Assembly (NCBI GenBank): GCA_964016885.1
Contig: OZ024745.1
Location: 95,046,001 to 95,110,000, forward strand
Source: Eledone cirrhosa
Lineage: Eukaryota
DNA length: 64,000 bases
Reading direction: 5' to 3'
The stretch's first letter is position 1; each line of letters begins with the position of its first letter. A model generated the notes under the pieces. It was not told the origin of the DNA, did no database searches, and saw only the letters and a program-made list of their open reading frames with translations. The position numbers were made by a program, and so were the translations under genes. This document shows, piece by piece, positions 30,220 through 43,645 of the stretch.

Positions 30220-30618
30220 AATAATTGTTTCTACGTTAGGCACAAGGCCAGCAATTACCCAGTGTATTACTGGTACTTTATTTTATCGACCCCGTAAGAA
30301 TGAAAGGCAAAGTTAACCTCGGCAGGATTTGAACTCAGAATGGCAAGGGCCGTAACTCTGTGCGTCAAAGCATGGCGTGCGACCCTCTACAGATACTGCC
30401 AATCCACCGCCTTTCAAATAATAATAATAATAATAATTGTTTCTACTTTTGGCACAAGGCCAGTAATTACCCAGTGCATTAGTGGTACTTTATTTTATCG
30501 ACCCCGTAAGGATGAAAGGCAAAGTTAACCTCGGCGGGATTTGAACTAAGAATGGCAAGGGCCGTAACTCTGTGCGTCAAAGCATGGCGTCCGACCCTCT
30601 ACCGATACTGCCAATCCA
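30220..30618 (-). mobile_element. Two tandem tRNA-derived SINEs
   Basis: 30220-30411 and 30434-30618, separated by (TAA)n. Confidence 0.85.
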
Positions 30619-30620
30619 AT

Positions 30621-31863
30621 AATATACTAATAAAATAGCTTTGTGTATTTGTCCGTAACGCAGATGACTGGAGAAAGAAGGGGTGATTACGTTGACTGAG
30701 GAAGGAGGGTGTGATGACGATGACTGAGGAAGGAGGGGGGGATTACTTTGACTGAGGAAGGAAGGGATGGTTACGTTGACTGAGGAAGGAGGGTGTGATG
30801 ACGATGACTGAGGAAGGAAGGGGTGGTTACGTTGACTGAGGAAGAAGGGGTGATGACGATGACTGAGGAAGGAGGGTGTGATTACGTTGACTGGAGAAGG
30901 AGGGGGTGATTACGTTGACTGAGGAAGGAGGGGGGGATTACTTTGACTGAGGAAGGAAGGGATGGTTACGTTGACTGAGGAAGGAGGGTGTGATGACGAT
31001 GACTGAGGAAGGAAGGGGTGGTTACGTTGACTGAGGAAGGAGGGTGTGATTACGTTGACTGAGGAAGGAGGGGTGATTACGTTGACTGGAGAAGGAAGGG
31101 GTGATTACATTGACTGAGGAAGAATGGGGTGATTCAGTTGACTGAGGAAGGAGGGGGTGATTACGTTGACTGGAGAAGGAAGGGGTGATTACGTTGACTG
31201 GGGAAGGCGGGGGTGATTATGATGACAGGAGAAGGAAGGGGTGATTACGTTGACTAAGGAAAGAAGGGGTGATTACGTTGACTGGGGAAGGCGGGGGTGA
31301 TTACGTTGACTGAAGAAGGAGGGGGTGATTACGTTGACTGAGGAAGGAAGGGGCGATTACGTTGACTGGGGAAGGCGGGGGTGACACACTACAGAAAGTA
31401 GCGCCTAACATTTCTTACACCTGTGTGCGAATTGGCTACACACATTGGCTGTTATGATTATGTTAGTGTTTGTGTGTGTATATGTGTGTGCTTGTTTAAA
31501 ATATATCTATATATAATATTTGTGTGAGTGGATATGTGTTTGTGTGCGTTTATTTAGAAAGATACATGGACAATAGAATTACAAACACATACGCATCTAC
31601 ACATACATATATATAAACAGACACACCTAGACTAGAAAAAATAATTATTACATACACACACATCTATGTGATGACTGAGGGAGGAGGGGGGAGAAACTAT
31701 AGAGGTTCAGCGTTCTAAGATTCATCCCAACTGTGTATTTGTGTATTTGTATCACTTGTGTGAGTGAACCCGAAGGAACCAATCAACCAACAAACATCTC
31801 CTTTTTATATTATGTATAGATATTACAATTAGCCGTCATTTTTTACGGTACGGGGCCAGCTAG
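30621..31863 (+). mobile_element. Probable non-autonomous Helitron containing a minisatellite
   Basis: 5' tatactaataaaa. 3' hairpin ccgt...acgg then tacggggccagCTAG|t. No TIR or TSD. Confidence 0.55.
30665..31385. repeat. 28-bp purine-rich minisatellite, ~26 units
   Basis: Unit gactgaggaaggagggggtgattacgtt with variants. Confidence 0.92.
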
Positions 31864-31876
31864 TAATAATAATAAT

Positions 31877-32090
31877 GATTGTTTCTACTATAGGCACAAG
31901 GCCAGCAGTTTGGGGGGAGGGGGAGAGGAAAGTCGATTAAATCGACCCCAGTGCATTACTTGTGTTTTATTTTATCGCTCCCTTAAGGATGAAAGGCAAA
32001 GCTAACCTCGGCGGGATTGGAACTCAGAATGTAAAGGATCGTAACTCTATGCCGCAAAGCAGGGTGTCTTACGCTCTACAGATACTGCCA
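31877..32090 (-). mobile_element. tRNA-derived SINE
   Basis: Reverse complement of the family consensus, lying in (TAA)n. Confidence 0.8.
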
Positions 32091-33224
32091 TAATAATAAT
32101 AATAATAATATAGCATGAGGTTGAGCAGCTTATTGAAGATAGTCAATATAAAGGCGAGTTTTCTTACTTTATATGAGGCTTATTTGTTTAGCATAGCCAG
32201 AACTATGCTAAATGTGTTAGATACTCAAGCCTGCATGAGGCAGTTTGATATCCAGCAATCCAAATACCGGCGGGAGAACAAAGAATGCTGTGTAAAGAAA
32301 AGAAATCAAAATAATACCATCACCACCACCACCATCACTACCATTACTACCACCACCTCCAATGTAACCACCACCATTACCACCACCACCATCATCATCA
32401 TCATCATTATTATCATCACGTGACTTGTCACTTTTCATAGAAAAGTATCCGTGATAGCTGAAATGCGAATCAGTGCCTCAAAAGATAACATAATATGAGA
32501 ATGAATTCACTATTAGCCTAGCCTAGATTATCATAATGAAGGAAAAATGTATACAATGTACCATTCAGTTGATGCGTTTCGTGGAATAATAATTAGAATG
32601 TTTGTAAACTAAAATAAATTTCATATGTTTTTATCATCTCCATGCCGATAGCAATTAGTTTACTTTTCTGGAAACAATATAAAAATAAAAAAAGAAATAC
32701 TTAAAAATATTTCAACTGTAGATTATTCACCCAGAAACTTCTATATTTAGATGTATTGATTTTCTTTGATGAGACACAATAACTAAAGTTCACAGAAGGA
32801 AACGATGAACAATAGCGTTTGTAGTCATTGTTTATTGCGTTAACGGCTTAAATAGAGTAAAATGGAGGAAAATAGATTTAAGAGGAATAACGAACGGTCA
32901 AGCTGCCATCGCAGTTTACTGGTAGCTCAATTTTCGGTGATCTTCCTATGTCATATATTCCTTTTGGGTAACAAGGTCATATATTTACATTATAGAAAAC
33001 TAAGTTCGCGTAACCTTCATACTTTTTTGGATATTAATTGATTAAATAAAATGTATTAAATTCAACAGAGACTATACATCTGTTCTTTAATACTTCATTA
33101 GAATACTTCATGATAAAGAACATATACGTTAGTAATGTTTCCTTTTTATTTCAGATTTATCTTTTAAGATACCTCGAATTTTGTTTTCTTAGTGAAGTAT
33201 TTTATTTTAAATATCATTTAATAG

Positions 33225-33455
33225 AATTAGGTAGTAATATGTCCTTACGCCGTATTTGACTACATCTAATTAGTCTGTTTGTTGGGATTCGAAAAAAACT
33301 CTCTAAATTGAAAAAAGGATGAGTATTGGTGAGTTCGTGTTCCATGTACGTCAATACTCATCCTTTTCTTCCATCAGAAGGTTTTTTTTTAAATCTCGAC
33401 TAACAGACTATTCTATGTAATCAAATACGGCGTAAGCACATGTTACTACTTAATT
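33225..33455. mobile_element. MITE-like imperfect palindrome
   Basis: aattaggtagtaatatgtccttacgccgtatttga pairs with tcaaatacggcgtaagcacatgttactacttaatt; the inner arms also pair. Confidence 0.65.
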
Positions 33456-34435
33456 TTCAAATTCGGTAGCCGTTTGCAAACAAAGCCTGCTTTGTGTCTC
33501 CCTATTTATATACATATAATTTAATATATTAAAGTACAACAGGATAATTGGAATATAGTGCAGTATAGTGAAACTATGGAGGTGTTCACTGTATAAACAT
33601 ATCTCCAAGTTTACCTTTAGCATTCTCTAGCCATAACCCTTTAGACTACATTAAAACTATATTAAAACATAACGACTGTTGCTTAAAAAAATCCGCATGA
33701 ATATTTTAAAGTATTAATTAAAAATAAACACATTTATAACTTCATACATAGGATACCAAGTGCAGGCATTATAAAAATAGAAACACGATTTGTAGCACAA
33801 TTCTATACGTGCAATTTATCATATTTAATCATTTTAGAAATATAATTCTTAGATTAAAATTTCATTATAGAACACTTTCTACTTCATTATCAAAAATACG
33901 TTTTCTTCTCTGTTTTCGATGTTTCGTATAGAAATGAAATTAGAGAGTTAAAGATTATTTGAAAATATCTTAATTAATGGTATTCCTTAATTGTTAGTTT
34001 AATCAGATTTCAAATCACTCAAGAAATAAAAGATTTTTGCCTCAAGGTACAATTTTATAATATTCATATATCTGCATTTGATCGCTGATAAAAGTTTGTA
34101 CACGTGAGTGGCTAATATTGAAGCATCAATATCAGATTTTTCGATCTCATTGAGTATTGCATTTATTAGAACCCCAAACTAGTGATGCAGGTGTTGAGAG
34201 TACGTTATATTTAATTCACATAGCTTTGTGCACTACGGTTATTAAATATTAATTTTAATCCAGGATTTAGCCAGACCCATAGCTTATAAAGTAGAGTCAG
34301 GACTCTTAACGACGGAAAAAGAAGGTGGCATCGGCCGCTTATGTAAGCATTATGGCATTTGCAAAATAAATGAAAAATAACAGCACGATGTTCATGGAGG
34401 ACCTATTCTACAAGTGTATCAACATTTATTTACAA

Positions 34436-34478
<43 letters not shown>

Positions 34479-34600
34479 AATATAGACATAGAATATTCGA
34501 AAATATTCTGTATGTTTATAATAAACATTTTGAAGACCTAATCGCTATAGAATAGAATACGTCACGTATTACAATTAGATTCTCGATAAAAGCAAGGGAA

Positions 34601-34643
34601 GTAATCTACGCGTTTCATTCTCGTTAGAAATCATCAGGACTAC
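34601..34643 (-). ncRNA. Same hammerhead on the - strand (copies at 34601, 34911, 35221, 35531)
   Basis: Exact reverse complement of 36010-36052, repeating every 310 bp. Confidence 0.92.
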
Positions 34644-36009
34644 ATATCCAGTGCTTTTATCGAGAATGACACAGCTAGAGACTTATAGAATACTTAGCTG
34701 TGTACAGGAACTGGTTTGAAAGAGCGGTTGCCGGTCCGGCAGAAATTAGAAATTGGAATAAATGCTCTGAAATAGCGATATATATGTGAATATAGACATA
34801 GAATATTCGAAAATATTCTGTATGTTTATAATAAACATTTTGAAGACCTAATCGCTATAGAATAGAATACGTCACGTATTACAATTAGATTCTCGATAAA
34901 AGCAAGGGAAGTAATCTACGCGTTTCATTCTCGTTAGAAATCATCAGGACTACATATCCAGTGCTTTTATCGAGAATGACACAGCTAGAGACTTATAGAA
35001 TACTTAGCTGTGTACAGGAACTGGTTTGAAAGAGCGGTTGCCGGTCCGGCAGAAATTAGAAATTGGAATAAATGCTCTGAAATAGCGATATATATGTGAA
35101 TATAGACATAGAATATTCGAAAATATTCTGTATGTTTATAATAAACATTTTGAAGACCTAATCGCTATAGAATAGAATACGTCACGTATTACAATTAGAT
35201 TCTCGATAAAAGCAAGGGAAGTAATCTACGCGTTTCATTCTCGTTAGAAATCATCAGGACTACATATCCAGTGCTTTTATCGAGAATGACACAGCTAGAG
35301 ACTTATAGAATACTTAGCTGTGTACAGGAACTGGTTTGAAAGAGCGGTTGCCGGTCCGGCAGAAATTAGAAATTGGAATAAATGCTCTGAAATAGCGATA
35401 TATATGTGAATATAGACATAGAATATTCGAAAATATTCTGTATGTTTATAATAAACATTTTGAAGACCTAATCGCTATAGAATAGAATACGTCACGTATT
35501 ACAATTAGATTCTCGATAAAAGCAAGGGAAGTAATCTACGCGTTTCATTCTCGTTAGAAATCATCAGGACTACATATCCAGTGCTTTTATCGAGAATGAC
35601 ACAGCTAGAGACTTATAGAATACTTAGCTGTGTACAGGAACTGGTTTGAAAGAGCGGTTGCCGGTCCGGCAGAAATTAGAAATTGGAATAAATGCTCTGA
35701 AATAGCGATATATATGTGAATATAGACATAGAATATTCGAAAATATTCTGTATGTTTATAATAAACATTTTGAATACGTGACGTATTCTATTCTATAGCG
35801 ATTAGGTCTTCAAAATGTTTATTATAAACATACAGAATATTTTCGAATATTCTATGTCTATATTCACATATATATCGCTATTTCAGAGCATTTATTCCAA
35901 TTTCTAATTTCTGCCGGACCGGCAACCGCTCTTTCAAACCAGTTCCTGTACACAGCTAAGTATTCTATAAGTCTCTAGCTGTGTCATTCTCGATAAAAGC
36001 ACTGGATAT

Positions 36010-36052
36010 GTAGTCCTGATGATTTCTAACGAGAATGAAACGCGTAGATTAC
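36010..36052 (+). ncRNA. Type I minimal hammerhead ribozyme, representative copy (+ copies start at 36010, 36320, 36630, 36940, 37250, 37560, 37870)
   Basis: GTAGTC-CTGATGA-tTTCT aacg AGAAt-GAAAC-GC-GTA-GATTAC. Stem I GTAGTC/GATTAC, canonical core, palindromic stem III ACGCGT, GUA triplet. Stem I is extended by a perfect 16-bp duplex, 35986-36001 with 36059-36074. Confidence 0.92.
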
Positions 36053-38065
36053 TTCCCTTGCTTTTATCGAGAATCTAATTGTAATACGTGACGTATTCTA
36101 TTCTATAGCGATTAGGTCTTCAAAATGTTTATTATAAACATACAGAATATTTTCGAATATTCTATGTCTATATTCACATATATATCGCTATTTCAGAGCA
36201 TTTATTCCAATTTCTAATTTCTGCCGGACCGGCAACCGCTCTTTCAAACCAGTTCCTGTACACAGCTAAGTATTCTATAAGTCTCTAGCTGTGTCATTCT
36301 CGATAAAAGCACTGGATATGTAGTCCTGATGATTTCTAACGAGAATGAAACGCGTAGATTACTTCCCTTGCTTTTATCGAGAATCTAATTGTAATACGTG
36401 ACGTATTCTATTCTATAGCGATTAGGTCTTCAAAATGTTTATTATAAACATACAGAATATTTTCGAATATTCTATGTCTATATTCACATATATATCGCTA
36501 TTTCAGAGCATTTATTCCAATTTCTAATTTCTGCCGGACCGGCAACCGCTCTTTCAAACCAGTTCCTGTACACAGCTAAGTATTCTATAAGTCTCTAGCT
36601 GTGTCATTCTCGATAAAAGCACTGGATATGTAGTCCTGATGATTTCTAACGAGAATGAAACGCGTAGATTACTTCCCTTGCTTTTATCGAGAATCTAATT
36701 GTAATACGTGACGTATTCTATTCTATAGCGATTAGGTCTTCAAAATGTTTATTATAAACATACAGAATATTTTCGAATATTCTATGTCTATATTCACATA
36801 TATATCGCTATTTCAGAGCATTTATTCCAATTTCTAATTTCTGCCGGACCGGCAACCGCTCTTTCAAACCAGTTCCTGTACACAGCTAAGTATTCTATAA
36901 GTCTCTAGCTGTGTCATTCTCGATAAAAGCACTGGATATGTAGTCCTGATGATTTCTAACGAGAATGAAACGCGTAGATTACTTCCCTTGCTTTTATCGA
37001 GAATCTAATTGTAATACGTGACGTATTCTATTCTATAGCGATTAGGTCTTCAAAATGTTTATTATAAACATACAGAATATTTTCGAATATTCTATGTCTA
37101 TATTCACATATATATCGCTATTTCAGAGCATTTATTCCAATTTCTAATTTCTGCCGGACCGGCAACCGCTCTTTCAAACCAGTTCCTGTACACAGCTAAG
37201 TATTCTATAAGTCTCTAGCTGTGTCATTCTCGATAAAAGCACTGGATATGTAGTCCTGATGATTTCTAACGAGAATGAAACGCGTAGATTACTTCCCTTG
37301 CTTTTATCGAGAATCTAATTGTAATACGTGACGTATTCTATTCTATAGCGATTAGGTCTTCAAAATGTTTATTATAAACATACAGAATATTTTCGAATAT
37401 TCTATGTCTATATTCACATATATATCGCTATTTCAGAGCATTTATTCCAATTTCTAATTTCTGCCGGACCGGCAACCGCTCTTTCAAACCAGTTCCTGTA
37501 CACAGCTAAGTATTCTATAAGTCTCTAGCTGTGTCATTCTCGATAAAAGCACTGGATATGTAGTCCTGATGATTTCTAACGAGAATGAAACGCGTAGATT
37601 ACTTCCCTTGCTTTTATCGAGAATCTAATTGTAATACGTGACGTATTCTATTCTATAGCGATTAGGTCTTCAAAATGTTTATTATAAACATACAGAATAT
37701 TTTCGAATATTCTATGTCTATATTCACATATATATCGCTATTTCAGAGCATTTATTCCAATTTCTAATTTCTGCCGGACCGGCAACCGCTCTTTCAAACC
37801 AGTTCCTGTACACAGCTAAGTATTCTATAAGTCTCTAGCTGTGTCATTCTCGATAAAAGCACTGGATATGTAGTCCTGATGATTTCTAACGAGAATGAAA
37901 CGCGTAGATTACTTCCCTTGCTTTTATCGAGAATCTAATTGTAATACGTGACGTATTCTATTCTATAGCGATTAGGTCTTCAAAATGTTTATTATAAACA
38001 TACAGAATATTTTCGAATATTCTATGTCTATATTCACATATATATCGCTATTTCAGAGCATTTAT

Positions 38066-38185
<120 letters not shown>

Positions 38186-38202
38186 ATATATATATATATA
38201 TG

Positions 38203-38263
<61 letters not shown>

Positions 38264-38280
38264 ATATATATATATATATG

Positions 38281-38396
<116 letters not shown>

Positions 38397-38467
38397 CGGT
38401 TTGACCTAACTCCGCTGTAGCATCGGTTTCAAGACGAAAACATCTTGTTGTGCAGAGCTAGCTCAAA

Positions 38468-38497
<30 letters not shown>

Positions 38498-38498
<1 letters not shown>

Positions 38499-39066
38499 AG
38501 TAGAAGGGGTATTTAATTTGTTGGAAGTCCGACAAATATAAATGTTTATAACTGATTTAGAGCACTCAACAGTAACTGGAGTAAATATTCAATGATATTA
38601 AATAAATGGAAACTATATTTATAAAACCATATTTATTTAATTATATATATTTCAAGGGTACCAAGACAACATTGGTACGCTTTCATCAGATACAATACAA
38701 AGTTTGTTTTATAAATAGAGACGTACCCATGAAAATCATACCTTATCGGTTGGAAATTCACTGGATAGTAAAAATATATTAGGGATTATTCAAACTTATG
38801 TGTGAATATGCAAATGAATATGTAAATAATTGAAAAACAACCGTTTATTTAAACGACTATGGAGAAAGAGTGAGAGAAAATATAATGGGAGAAAGATAAA
38901 AAATACTACGAGAGAGAGAAGAATTAAACAAGAGAGGATGAATAAAACTCGTATAACGTTAATTTGGGGGAAATATATTCTAAGTATATATCTTAATAGT
39001 ACGTGTATTTACGATTATTATAAAACAAACTTTGTATTTTATCTGATGAAAGCGTACCAAACTCTG

Positions 39067-39154
<88 letters not shown>

Positions 39155-39850
39155 GATATTAAATAAATGGAAACTATATTTATAAAACCATATTTATTTT
39201 TTCGTTTCTGAATTTGTTTAGCAAGATTCTTTATCTGAAATCGTGTGTTGAAACCGATATTTTTATACTTTGGGAGGGTCATGTTACCAATAAGAAACAC
39301 ACGCACCAGTTGCTTTCACTTCAATTTATTATATATTTATAAATTTACAAATTTATAAATTTATAAATTTCTGGTTGGTTGGTTCCACAACCAGATAGTT
39401 GTTTATATATAGTCATAGTCCTTTCGTCACACACTCTGTGACCTCTTCAGTGACTGGGGATTCCTTTCTTTGTTTCTGTGCCTCTCCTTTGTTCTGTCCT
39501 ACGCTATTTTGTTTCTGTGTGTGTGTTGTGTGCTCAGTTTGCGCATGCGCCACATCCGGGTGTCTGTGTGTGTTTATGTTCATTTATCTATTTGTTTATT
39601 TATTTATTTATTTACATGTTATTGGTTGGTTGTTTGTTCTATGTATATTTGTTTTATTATATATATTTCAAGGAAAACTTGAACCGTTAAGGTATTTTTC
39701 TTGGTTATGTCAAAATTTATAAAACACACTTCGTATTTTATCTGATGAAAGCATTGAATATTATACTCCAGAAAATCTGGCGAGTGCTCTGAATCAGTTA
39801 TAAACATTTATATTTGTTGATTACCAACAAATTGAATATCCCTTTTGCTT
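38498..39850. mobile_element. Scrambled PLE-type terminal-repeat remnants with inverted ends
   Basis: 38498-38595 is the reverse complement of ~39755-39850. tatCTGATGAaagc occurs three times (38683 -, ~39043 +, ~39742 +). Degenerate HHR at 38641-38694 (-). Confidence 0.6.
39411..39455 (-). ncRNA. Type I minimal hammerhead ribozyme
   Basis: Reverse complement AGTCA-CTGAAGA-g GTCACA gagtg TGTGAC-GAAAG-ga-CTA-TGACT. Stems I and II pair perfectly, with one extra G; CUA triplet. Confidence 0.75.
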
Positions 39851-39869
39851 ATATATATATATATATGGT

Positions 39870-39999
39870 TAATACAGAAATGGTTTCTACTGGACTAGAA
39901 CTGTTTCATTCGAAGGAGTTCATCAGGAAAGCCCGGCCTTACTTGATGGTCTCCTTTGAATGAAACAGTTCTAGTCCAGTAGAAGCCATTTCTATATTA
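39870..39999. repeat. Near-perfect hairpin (~57-bp arms) with degenerate HHR-like cores
   Basis: The arms are reverse complements. The left arm on the - strand reads CTGATGA-actccttcgaat-GAAAC-a-GTT. Confidence 0.8.
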
Positions 40000-40100
40000 C
40001 AAATGTATACTCTGTTATGTATTGTATATTTACTTATTGTGGTTATCCCCGATTGAACCCGGGACATACGCACACACACACGCACACACACACACATATA

Positions 40101-40177
<77 letters not shown>

Positions 40178-40837
40178 CTAAAGATTAAAATGGTTCGTTG
40201 ATTATTAAGAATATTTTTCATTTATTAATATTTTGAATAATATATATATACATATATATATGTTTGTGTGTATGTGTTTGTGGCGGTGTGTGTGTGAGTG
40301 TGTGTGTGTGTGTCTCTGGTGAGTATGTGTGTGCATGTGTGCATTCTTTTCTTGCTGAAGTAAGCATTTTCTTTTAAATAGAAATGAATACATTAAAGCA
40401 TAACATGATAATTAGCATTTATTGCAGTGTAGTGAAACTATGTAGGTGTTCACTGTAACTACATTATAGTAAAATTGCAATGTAATATACGGCACTGAAA
40501 CCCCTAAAGACAAAATTTAAGTCAGCATTATCAGAAATATTTTCTTTCTGGCAAGACTTTTCTCAATATGACGTCAAATATGTTTCAATTATTTGTTCTC
40601 GTATTTTCAAATACTTCTCAATCCGCCTCATATGTTCTTTTGATATTTCTTGATTCGCATTTCTTCGAATTTTAAAGAAGAATACAATAAGAAAATATAT
40701 CTAATATTCCAATTTGCAAAAATCTAATTAGTCGCTGAAATATACTTGGTTAATAAGGGGTACGTTATTGAATTGATGTACATAATGTCTTACGATCCAT
40801 TGATTTGGCTGTATATTATTGAAGATATTATTGAAAT

Positions 40838-41015
40838 GGCGGTGGATTGGCAGTATCGGTAGAGGGTCTGACGCCATGCTTCCCAGCATAGTTACGGCCC
40901 TTTATGGTCTGAGTTCAAATCCTGCCGAGGTTAACTTTACCTTTCATCCTTACGGGGTCGATAAAATAAAGTACCAGTAATACACTGGGATAATTGCCGG
41001 CCTTATGTCTATAGA
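40838..41015 (+). mobile_element. tRNA-derived SINE
   Basis: Family consensus; attattgaa on both sides. Confidence 0.85.
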
Positions 41016-41361
41016 AGAAATCATTATTGAAGATGTTGTGTACTTAATGAAGGTAGACATTTCTCTCTTGTATAATTTGTTATTGTTTTATCCAGGTCCA
41101 TGTAACAATTTATATACACCAGTCCCTCTACATATAGTGACGTGGGCATTTGTACTGTTTCTATTAACAGCTCAAGCCAGTGTATCATTGAAAGATGAAC
41201 GGCATTACAGGGAGTTGGTAGAGGTTCTCTAAAGGAAAGTCACCTTTCGAACTTCTTTTTCAAAGCTTACTGCAGTGTCAGCTCGACAAGCTGGGGCTTT
41301 CTGAACCTCTAAAGCCTTCCATCAGAAATTATTGATAAATTAATATATGTATATATATAGA

Positions 41362-41494
41362 AGTGGTTACACAACAGCTAGTTCACCATACGAAGAACAA
41401 TTGTTTCACCTTAGCGGATCCTCAGCTCGTAAGAGGATCCGCTAAGGTGAAACAATTGTTCTCAGTATGGTGAACTAGCTGTTGTGTAACCACT
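41362..41494. repeat. Near-perfect hairpin (~62-bp arms) containing an HHR-like motif (41390-41430 -)
   Basis: Reverse complement ACGAG-CTGAGGA-tCC gctaa GGt-GAAAC-AATT-GTT-CTTCGT; palindromic stem III. Confidence 0.75.
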
Positions 41495-41608
41495 ACTACC
41501 TAACTCGTCCCATGGACTGAGTGCTCTACCACTACGGATATTACCTTCCAGTGTTCTACCACTATATGTATATATATATATATACTTTTGTTTCTTGTCC
41601 CCTTGAAC

Positions 41609-41733
<125 letters not shown>

Positions 41734-41805
41734 GTATGTGTGTGTTTGTGTGTGTGTGTATGTGTGAGTGTGTTTGTGTGTGTACATGTGTTGTTTGGGT
41801 ATTGC

Positions 41806-41927
41806 CATCTGAGTTCAAATCCCACCGAGATCAACTTTGCCTTTCATCCTTAAGGGGTCGATAAAATAAAGTACCAGTAATACACTGCATAATTTCTGGC
41901 TTTGTGCCAAAAGTAGAAACGATTATT
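41806..41927 (+). mobile_element. 5'-truncated SINE
   Basis: Matches the family from the B box onward. Confidence 0.75.
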
Positions 41928-42707
41928 TTATGTACATTTTTCACCTTTCCATTGCTAGATTCACAATAATCAGAACAGATGTTATTCTAGATCTTTAAGT
42001 CTGGTTATATTTATCCACCAAAATACCAGTTTAGATATTTTCAAACATAAAATTAATAATTCTACTAGTCACATCGTTCAATATACTCACAATTCCATAG
42101 TGCAGATATTCACACAGATTCCTTTACAATTATATTGAGGATGCAATTGAAACATCAACAGCGATGCCAAAATTAGCAGCTGTCGATGGGTTTTCAGGAA
42201 TATCGTGACTTGCAATAATGATCGCTATCTATATAGCTACGTAACTGTCAGTGGAACAAATATTTTATATACTATGGCTTCACAAAGTTTCGCCCGAAGT
42301 GACTGACATTTTAGCAAACTTAATTGTTCCATCCTTAGTAAATCTATTATTGAATAACATATAATCACTTTGTAATAATTTACTTGATTAATACCCGAGT
42401 GATAATAATAAAATGATTTAATTCTATTGATTAACATAACGAAGTTAACATTTTTTTTTTACTTTAGCTATATTAAAACTTGATAATAATCTGTTAACAA
42501 TAACTTATGATCAAATTTGTAAAATATGTTTCGATATTTTTAAATGTTTTCTTTTAAAATCATGTTTACACGATTTTATGCCATGTCTTGCTTTTATCTT
42601 TTCTCTAAATTCGCTAATTTCAAACCAACTTCATTCGACCCAACAATTATTTCAATTCAATTTATTTAATTCAAATCATACCAACTGAGTCTATTATAAT
42701 AACCCAG

Positions 42708-42900
42708 GGCGGTGGATTGGCAGTATCGGTAGAGGGTCGGACGCCATGATTTGACGTATAGAGTTACGGCCCTTGCCATTCTGAGTTCAAATCCCGCCGA
42801 GGTAAACTTTGCCTTTCATCCTTACGGGGTCGATAAAATAAAGTACCAGTAATGTACTGGGTATTGTAGCCTTGTGCCAAAAGTAGAAACAGTTATTATT
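42708..42900 (+). mobile_element. tRNA-derived SINE
   Basis: Full-length family match. Confidence 0.85.
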
Positions 42901-43244
42901 AACTGTCAATAAATCAACTAATCAATGAATCAACATCATAACCTCCTAACTTTTCTCTCTTTCACTCTCTTTCCCTAAATATATGTCACCTCTTACATTA
43001 TATCCTATCGTATTATCTTCAGTTCTAGCATAACTTCCAATTTATTAATTTATTAGTTTAACCAATAAATATATGTATATATTTAGTATTTTCATGTTTA
43101 TACCATCACATCTTCATATTTTAACCACCAACACCACAACTATTTTCAGCAATCATATTATGTTCACTTTTCTTCGCACACATAACTTTTTTTATTTATT
43201 TTTCATCATCTTCATTATAACTTATTTATTATAATTTATTTATT

Positions 43245-43395
43245 ATTTTTTCTTTTTCTTTTTCTTTTTCTTTTTCTTTTTCTTTTTCTTTTTCTTTTTC
43301 TTTTTCTTTTTCTTTTTCCTTTTCTTTTTCTTTTTCTTTTTCTTTTTTTTCTTCTTTTTTCTTTCTATTTCTCTCTATCTTTTTCTTTTTCTTTC
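43245..43395. repeat. (TTTTTC)n microsatellite
   Basis: Seen directly. Confidence 0.9.
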
Positions 43396-43645
43396 TTTAT
43401 TACTGATATTGTGATTTGAATTTCCCTAGTATATTACAAACGCCGTGTATAATTTTAATCAGTGTTTCTGATGATTTGGTTAAGCATACATTGTATTTAA
43501 AATTGAGTGACACAACTTCAAGTGATTAACAATTTTTAGACAACTTAATCAAGGAGACAATTGTTAATATTGTAAATAAACCCTTTTTGTACTGTTGACC
43601 ATGTTATTCTTCACTCTTTCACTATATATATATATATATAATATC

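Noticed and set aside
30665-31385. 28-bp repeat as a CRISPR array
   Set aside because: Contiguous units with no unique spacers, no cas genes, eukaryotic context.
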